From an uncultured delta proteobacterium (GTDB taxonomy: Bacteria > Desulfobacterota > Desulfobaccia > Desulfobaccales > 0-14-0-80-60-11), in contig CAWETI010000003.1 of the NCBI GenBank assembly GCA_963812015.1, positions 928,001-992,000 on the forward strand: 64,000 bases of DNA. The letters are read 5' to 3'. Every line of letters begins with the position of its first letter. The stretch's first letter is position 1. The notes below the pieces were generated by a model that saw only the letters and a program-made list of their open reading frames with translations, did not search any database and was not told where the DNA came from. Positions 57,978-64,000 of this stretch are shown here, piece after piece. A program made the position numbers and the translations under genes.

Positions 57978-59237
57978 GTGAACGCCGATAACAAAATTCT
58001 GGTCATCGGGGGAGGCATGAGCGGCCTCACCGCAGCCCTGGAGGCGGCGGAAGCCGGGTCTCAGGTGATCATCACCGAGGCGGGCCCGTACCTGGGCGGC
58101 CGGGTTGCCCAACTCCACCGATACTTCCCCAAGCTCTGCCCTCCCACGTGCGGTTTGGAAATCAACTTTCGCCGGATCAAAGAAAATCCCAACATCAGCT
58201 TTTACACCATGGCGGAAGTGACCCAGGTCAGCGGCAGCGCCGGCAATTTCGACGTCACCGTAAAGGTGCACCCCCGCTATGTCAATGATCGCTGTGTGGC
58301 GTGTCATGCCTGTGCGGAAGCGTGTCCCCAGTGGCGGGTAAACGATTTTAACTACGGTCTGGACAAGACCAAAGCGGCCTATCTGCCCTATGATATGGCC
58401 TTCCCCCAGCAATACGTCATCGACAAGAGCGTGTGCAGCGGCGACTGCGGCCAGAAGTGCCTGGAGGCCTGCAAGTACGACGCCATTGAGCTGCACATGA
58501 AACCCCAGACTTTGAATTTCAACGTGGGCGCCATCATCATGTCCAGCGGCTGGGAACTCTACGATGCCACCAAGATGGACAATCTGGGGTTCGGCCAGGT
58601 GGCCAACGTCATCACCAACATGCAGATGGAGCGCCTGGCGGCGTCCAACGGCCCCACCGGCGGCCAGATTCTCAGGCCCAGCGACCAGCAGCCGCCTAAG
58701 AAGGTGGCTTTTGTGCAGTGCGCCGGCTCCCGGGATGAAAACCATCTGCCGTATTGTTCCTATATCTGCTGCATGGCCTCTCTGAAGCAGGCCACCTACG
58801 TGCGGGAAAAGGCCCCGGAGGCCGAGGTTTATATCTTTTATATCGATATCCGGACCCCGGGCCGCTACGAGCAGTTTTACTGGAAGGTCCGGGACGATGA
58901 ACATGTCCATCTGATTAGGGGTAAGGTGGCCAAGATCACCCAGGAACCCGGGACCGACAACGTCGTGGTGGTGGCGGAAAATACCGCCACGGGCGACAAG
59001 CAGAGCATGGTTTTCGATATGGTGGTCCTGGCGGCGGGCATGGTGCCCTCCACCAAAGCCTCCCCCTTCCCCCTGCCGTTGTCTTACACCCCGGATGGCT
59101 TCGTCATTCAGGACCTGTTGCCGCCGGGAGTTTACGCTGTGGGAACTTTGAAGGGCCCCCTGGATGTGACCAAGTCGGTGCAGGATGGCACCGGGGCCGC
59201 CCTTAAGAGTCTCATCGCCCTGGGCAGGAGGTCATGA
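57978..59237 (+). CDS. qmoA: Quinone-interacting membrane oxidoreductase subunit A
   Basis: AAGGAGG RBS with GTG start; GGGMSG, YFPKLCPPTCGLEIN, FVQCAGSRDENHLPYCSYICC; follows aprA. Confidence 0.93.
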   Translation: MNADNKILVIGGGMSGLTAALEAAEAGSQVIITEAGPYLGGRVAQLHRYFPKLCPPTCGLEINFRRIKENPNISFYTMAEVTQVSGSAGNFDVTVKVHPRYVNDRCVACHACAEACPQWRVNDFNYGLDKTKAAYLPYDMAFPQQYVIDKSVCSGDCGQKCLEACKYDAIELHMKPQTLNFNVGAIIMSSGWELYDATKMDNLGFGQVANVITNMQMERLAASNGPTGGQILRPSDQQPPKKVAFVQCAGSRDENHLPYCSYICCMASLKQATYVREKAPEAEVYIFYIDIRTPGRYEQFYWKVRDDEHVHLIRGKVAKITQEPGTDNVVVVAENTATGDKQSMVFDMVVLAAGMVPSTKASPFPLPLSYTPDGFVIQDLLPPGVYAVGTLKGPLDVTKSVQDGTGAALKSLIALGRRS

Positions 59238-61408
59238 TGGAAATCGAAAAGAAATACGGCGTATATTTGTGCAAGGGCTGTGGCATCGCCGAGGCCATAG
59301 ATTTTGAGAGCCTCACCAAGGTGATCAAAAAATCGGGGAAGATCCAGCACATCAAAGAAGCTGACATCCTCTGCAGCCCCGAGGGCCGGGCCCTGATCCT
59401 GGAAGACCTCAAGCCGGAAGGCGAGGGCATCAATGCCATCGTCGTGGCGGCCTGCTCGCCCCGGGTGAAATACGAAGAGTTTGATTTCCCCAATGTCCTG
59501 GTGGAGCGCTGCAACATCCGGGAGCAGGTGGCCTGGACCCAGGAACCCAACAACGAGCATACCCAGGCCCTGGCGGAAGACTATCTGCGCATGGCCTGCG
59601 CCCGCATCAAGAAGGTCGAGATGCCGGAGCCGTACCAGACCGAATGCGACAAGACCATCCTGGTCATCGGCGGCGGCACCGCGGGCTTAAGCGCCGCCCT
59701 GCAAGCGGCCAACAACGGCTACTCGGTGGTCCTGGTGGAGAAAGAGGCCCAGCTGGGCGGGTTCGCCGCCAGGATGTACCGGCAGACGCCTTCCAGCTAC
59801 CCCTACACCACCCTCCAGGAGCCCGTGGTCTTCAAGCAGATCCAGGAAGTCCAGAGTCACCCCAGAATCAAGGTGATGACCGCGGCGACCCTGGAGAAAC
59901 TCGATGGGCAGCCGGGTCTGTTGGACGCCGACATCAAGGTGGGCGGCGACCTGGAGACCCTCAGGGTGGGCACCGTGGTCATGGCGGCCGGTTGGAAGCC
60001 CTATGATGCCACCAAGCTCACCAAGCTGGGCTACGGCTTGTCTAAAGACGTGATCACCAATATCGAGATGGAGGAGATGGCCAAGGCGGGCAAGATCGTG
60101 CGGCCCTCCGACGGCAAAGCCCCCGAATCGGTGGCCTTCATTCAATGCGCCGGTTCCCGGGACCCGGACCATCTCCCCTACTGCTCCGACTTCTGCTGCA
60201 CGGCCTCCCTGAAGCAGGCCCTGTATGTCCGGGAGCAGAACCCCAACGCCATCGCCTATATCCTCTACAAGGATATCCGCACCCCGGGACAGATGGAGCT
60301 GTTCTACAAGCAGGTGCAGAGCGACCCCGGCGTCATGCTCACCAAGGCGGAGATCGCCGAAGTGGGCCTCGGTGACGGCGGCAAACTCCGGATCAGCGCC
60401 ACCGACACCCTGTTGGGGGCAAACGTGATCTTCGAGGCCGATCTGGTGGTCCTGGCCACCGGCATGGTCCCGGCGACTGCGGACGAGGCGGTGCTCAACC
60501 TCGGCTACCGTCAGGGACCGAATTTGCCCGACCTGGAGTTGTTCAGCGGTTTCGCCGACTCCAACTTCATCTGCTTCCCGTACGAAACCCGGCGGACCGG
60601 CATTTTTGCCGCCGGCTGCGTCCACCAGCCCATGAACATGGCCATGGCCGTGGAGGACGGCGTCGGTGCCGCCTGCAAGGCCATTCAGGCCGCGGAGCAC
60701 GTCGCCGCAGGGATGGCGGTGTCTCCCCGGGCCTGGGACATTACCTTCCCGGACCCGTTCATGCAGCGCTGCACTTCCTGTAAGCGGTGCACCGAGGAAT
60801 GTCCCTTCGGCGCCATCGAAGAAGATGAAAAAGGCACGCCCTTTTTCAAGATCAACCGCTGCCGCCGGTGCGCCACCTGCATGGGGGCCTGTCCGGAGCG
60901 CATCGTTTCCTTTAAGGACTACAGCGTTGACCAAATCGGCTCCATGCTCAAGAGTCTGGATGTCCCGGAAATCGAGGATGAGGACGATCCCCTGGCGCCT
61001 CTCCGGGTCATCGGCCTGGTGTGCGAAAACGACGCCTACCCGGCCCTGGACGCCGCGGCCCTGCATAAGCTGCACCTGAACCCGATGATCCGGTTCATCT
61101 CGCTGCGCTGCCTGGGGTCCTTCAACATGGTGTGGGTCTCCGACGCCTTCTCCCGGGGCATTGACGGCATCATTCTCCTGGGCTGCAAGCACGGGGACGA
61201 CTATCAATGCCACTTCGCCAAAGGCAGCGAGCTCTGCGAATACCGTATGAGCAAGTTGTCAGAGACCCTGGATAAATTGGGCCTGGAAGCAGACCGGGTG
61301 ATACAGTACCAGATCGGCCATTCCGACTTCGACCTCCTGCCCAAGCTTCTTGACGACTTTGTGGCCCGGGTGCGAGAGATCGGCCCCAACCCCTTCAAGG
61401 AATTATAG
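59234..61408 (+). CDS. qmoB: QmoB (FAD, Fe-S and MvhD-like domains)
   Basis: YLCKGCGI, NIREQVAW, FIQCAGSRD, SNFICFPYETRRTG, CTSCKRCTEECP, CENDAYP, GCKHGDDYQCHF. Confidence 0.95.
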   Translation: MMEIEKKYGVYLCKGCGIAEAIDFESLTKVIKKSGKIQHIKEADILCSPEGRALILEDLKPEGEGINAIVVAACSPRVKYEEFDFPNVLVERCNIREQVAWTQEPNNEHTQALAEDYLRMACARIKKVEMPEPYQTECDKTILVIGGGTAGLSAALQAANNGYSVVLVEKEAQLGGFAARMYRQTPSSYPYTTLQEPVVFKQIQEVQSHPRIKVMTAATLEKLDGQPGLLDADIKVGGDLETLRVGTVVMAAGWKPYDATKLTKLGYGLSKDVITNIEMEEMAKAGKIVRPSDGKAPESVAFIQCAGSRDPDHLPYCSDFCCTASLKQALYVREQNPNAIAYILYKDIRTPGQMELFYKQVQSDPGVMLTKAEIAEVGLGDGGKLRISATDTLLGANVIFEADLVVLATGMVPATADEAVLNLGYRQGPNLPDLELFSGFADSNFICFPYETRRTGIFAAGCVHQPMNMAMAVEDGVGAACKAIQAAEHVAAGMAVSPRAWDITFPDPFMQRCTSCKRCTEECPFGAIEEDEKGTPFFKINRCRRCATCMGACPERIVSFKDYSVDQIGSMLKSLDVPEIEDEDDPLAPLRVIGLVCENDAYPALDAAALHKLHLNPMIRFISLRCLGSFNMVWVSDAFSRGIDGIILLGCKHGDDYQCHFAKGSELCEYRMSKLSETLDKLGLEADRVIQYQIGHSDFDLLPKLLDDFVARVREIGPNPFKEL

Positions 61409-61420
61409 GAGGTATGATCC

Positions 61421-62536
61421 ATGGCAGGTGAAATTCTCATTAAACCGGACCTCCAATTCGTGAAGCGGGTGATGGCCGCCGGGGGGGACACGGTCAAGAA
61501 GTGTTACCAATGTGATACCTGTTCGGTGGTGTGTAACCTCACCCCCGATCAGAAGCCCTTTCCCCGGAAGGAGATGCTTCAGGCCCAGTGGGGTCTGAAG
61601 GAGGTGCTCCAGGACCCGGATATCTGGCTGTGCCACCAGTGCAGCGACTGCACCGTCTTGTGCCCCCGGGGCGCCAAGCCCGGTGAGGTCTTGGGCGTGC
61701 TCCGGCAGATGACCATCGAGCAGTATGCCACGCCGCCGGTGGTAGCCAAGGCGGTGGGGGACCCCAAGTTCCTGCCGTTGCTCATCGCCTTTCCGATGCT
61801 GCTGCTGCTGCTGGCCCTGAAGGCCACCGGCCACTGGAACATCCCGGAAGGGCCCATCGTTTACTCACACTTTTTCCCCACCCTGCTGGTGGACTTCATC
61901 TTTGTCCCCACCTTCTTCTTTGCCGTGGCGGTGCTGGCCAAAGGCGCCCTGGCCTACTGGCAGGACATCAATGCTCCTCACCCCTGGCGGGTAAAAGTGG
62001 AAGGCAACCTGGTGGGCAACCTGATCGCCACTTTGAAAGATATCTTGTTTCACAACCGCTTCCGGCAATGCGAAGTTACCTATAACCGTTCCACCAACCA
62101 CCTGTTCTTGGTGTTCGGGTTTATCTTTCTGTTAGTGGTAACCACGTGGGGGTTCCTCAATGAGTGGGTGTTACATCACGAATCCCCCTACTTTCTGTTA
62201 TCACCGATAAAACTCCTGGCCATGGCGGGAACCGCGTCCTTGCTCTATGGGATCTGGAACATCATCAAAGAGCGCCAGGCCAACGCCGAAAAGGCGGGAT
62301 ACGGCTCCTACTATGACTGGTTCCTGATCTACGTGATCTTTGTAGTGGGCGCCACCGGATTGCTCTCCTGGCTGTTCCGCCTGGTGGGCCTGCGGGTTCT
62401 GGCCTACCCCACCTACTTCCTGCACCTGACGGCGATCTTCATGCTGTTCTTCTACGCCCCGTACACCAAGCTGGCCCACATCGTCTACCGCACCGTGGCC
62501 ATGCTCCATGCCCGCATGTCGGGCCGGGGCTTCTAA
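61421..62536 (+). CDS. qmoC: QmoC (Fe-S plus membrane heme b domain)
   Basis: CYQCDTCSVVC, WLCHQCSDCTVLCPRGA, multiple TM segments, YFLHL, PYTKLAHIVYR. Confidence 0.95.
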   Translation: MAGEILIKPDLQFVKRVMAAGGDTVKKCYQCDTCSVVCNLTPDQKPFPRKEMLQAQWGLKEVLQDPDIWLCHQCSDCTVLCPRGAKPGEVLGVLRQMTIEQYATPPVVAKAVGDPKFLPLLIAFPMLLLLLALKATGHWNIPEGPIVYSHFFPTLLVDFIFVPTFFFAVAVLAKGALAYWQDINAPHPWRVKVEGNLVGNLIATLKDILFHNRFRQCEVTYNRSTNHLFLVFGFIFLLVVTTWGFLNEWVLHHESPYFLLSPIKLLAMAGTASLLYGIWNIIKERQANAEKAGYGSYYDWFLIYVIFVVGATGLLSWLFRLVGLRVLAYPTYFLHLTAIFMLFFYAPYTKLAHIVYRTVAMLHARMSGRGF

Positions 62537-62562
62537 CCGCCTCAACCGGCACGTGAAACCCA

Positions 62563-62595
62563 GCCGGCCCCCATTGCGGGGGCCGGTTTTTTTTT
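62563..62595 (+). terminator. Terminator after qmoC
   Basis: CCGGCCCCC-ATTGC-GGGGGCCGG followed by T9. Confidence 0.85.
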
Positions 62596-62976
62596 GAACT
62601 GATGGGTGGGCAAATTATTGAAAAACCATGGGAGCGCGGCCCGTTCCTGGGCTAAGAAATTGGTGGGCAATTTGATGGCAGGGTTCACAGCAAGAGAGCC
62701 CACAAACACGATTTCTGATAATTTGTGGGGTATACCTAGTCCACAAACCTGGCCACCCCGGATCGATGCCGCAGGACGGATTTGCCGGGCGGGGTCGGCA
62801 CCCACCTGGTATCTGGCCAGCCCCGACGCCCGCCGGCGATGTCCGGAGCCGGAGCCGGCTCGATGCTCCCAGGGTTTATGACTGGGCCGCCTTCTCTGCC
62901 AAGTGGCGCTTACCGATCCGCAACCGGGATTCGGCCTGCCTTTCCTTGGTCAGAGGGCGTTTTCAGATCGCCGCGG

Positions 62977-63099
62977 TTATCGGGCTAATAAATAAACCAC
63001 GAAGATCAAATTGAGCATGACTAAGGTGGCAATCTGGAGCTGTTTGACCTTGGTTTCCAGTTCGGTTACCTTTTGGGCAAGATCTGTGGGTTCAGACAT
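62977..63099 (-). CDS. 40-aa small protein with a coiled coil and C-terminal TM helix (below the ORF-track length cutoff)
   Basis: AGGGAGG upstream; MSEPTDLAQKVTELETKVKQLQIATLVMLNLIFVVYLLAR. Confidence 0.55.
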   Translation of the reverse strand: MSEPTDLAQKVTELETKVKQLQIATLVMLNLIFVVYLLAR

Positions 63100-63277
63100 G
63101 GCCGCCCCCCCTCCCTAAGAATTTCTTTCCTTATCGGCGTATCGGCATTGATGCTTAAGTAATCATGGGCCGGCGGGCGGGATCAGGGCCTCGGTCCCCA
63201 ACGCATTATAGGATTTTTATTTGGCTGAAATTTTGATAAGATATCAATGAGCCAAGAAAAAACCTAAGGAGTTGAAT

Positions 63278-64000
63278 ATGGTAGATTTGAACATGAAGGT
63301 GGTGGAGCCCCGGAAGCTCACTATGGCGAGCCGCTTTAAGTTCCGTTGTCACCCTGGAGTGTCGTGCTTCACCGAGTGCTGCGGCAAGACCACCATCATC
63401 CTCACCCCCTATGATATCCTGCGCCTCAAAACCCGCCTCAACCTGAAGGCGGCTGACTTTCTGGAAAAATACACCCGGATGGAGGCCCACGACAAATCCG
63501 GCCTGCCCATGGTGATCATGGACATGCCCCGGTTTGAGAACCGCTGCCCCTTTGTGCGGCCGGTCACCGGGTGCACGGTCTACAGCGATCGCCCGGCCAC
63601 CTGCCGCTACTATCCCATCGGCCAGGGCAGCCTGATCACCGAGGAAGGCCTGGATGAGTTCTATTTCTACGTCAGAGAGCCGCACTGCAAGGGCTACGAA
63701 GAGGAGGCCGAATGGACCGTGGCCACCTGGCGGGAAGACCAAGGGGTGGAAAAATACGACGAGATGAACCGTGACTGGAAGGCCATGATGCTGCGCCGGG
63801 CCGAAAATGGCGGGCCGGTCACCGATGAGCGGGGCAACCGGCTCTTTGCCATGGTCTTGTATGATCTGGACGAATTCCGGAGATTCGTTTTCAAGAGCCG
63901 CTTCCTGACCGTCTTCAACGTGGAAGACGAGGTCAAGGAGAGGATCTGGGACGATGATGACGAACTCCTGAAGTTCGGGTATAAATACCTCAAAATGGCT
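63278..64000 (+). CDS. YkgJ family CxxCxxCC cysteine-cluster protein (runs off the window end)
   Basis: AAGGAG RBS; FRCHPGVSCFTECCG..LTPYD..CPF..GCTVYSDRPATCRYYP. Confidence 0.85.
   Translation, partial: MVDLNMKVVEPRKLTMASRFKFRCHPGVSCFTECCGKTTIILTPYDILRLKTRLNLKAADFLEKYTRMEAHDKSGLPMVIMDMPRFENRCPFVRPVTGCTVYSDRPATCRYYPIGQGSLITEEGLDEFYFYVREPHCKGYEEEAEWTVATWREDQGVEKYDEMNRDWKAMMLRRAENGGPVTDERGNRLFAMVLYDLDEFRRFVFKSRFLTVFNVEDEVKERIWDDDDELLKFGYKYLKMA

Overview
This is a high-GC chromosomal window from an anaerobic sulfate reducer. Gene content suggests Desulfobacterota, possibly Desulfobacca-like, but that is an inference. From left to right it contains: (1) tRNA-Lys and tRNA-Glu. (2) A soluble histidine kinase with two Rossmann-like domains and two PAS domains, behind a sigma54 promoter. 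(3) Converging on it, a sigma54-driven minus-strand operon hdrC-hdrB-hdrA(HdrL type)-mvhD-metV-metF-hdrA2, ending in an unusual fusion of degenerate HdrA, ferredoxin, MvhD, a molybdopterin-binding domain and a GcvH-like domain. (4) Envelope genes, a second metF, an orphan ParA with a coiled-coil partner, iorAB and archease-rtcB. (5) The core block ffh-rpsP-khpA-rimM-trmD-rplS-rnhB-yraN-rsmI-ptsH-ptsI-smpB. (6) nrdJ with NrdR boxes, capA-like, fabH, rplM-rpsI, argC, truA and a half-ferritin/adenylate cyclase fusion. (7) The canonical sat-aprBA-qmoABC cluster with a Rex-type box. Intergenic regions are full of REP-like palindromes and heptamer repeats. Two AT-rich foreign genes sit between matching REP pairs in a cassette-like way, and an apparently empty site with the same arrangement is also present. 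The best candidates for undescribed biology are the Hdr/MetVF operon with its terminal fusion, the REP-bounded cassettes, the ferritin-like cyclase, the ParA/partner pair and the Rossmann-PAS kinase. All calls come from reading motifs by eye; no database searches were run.
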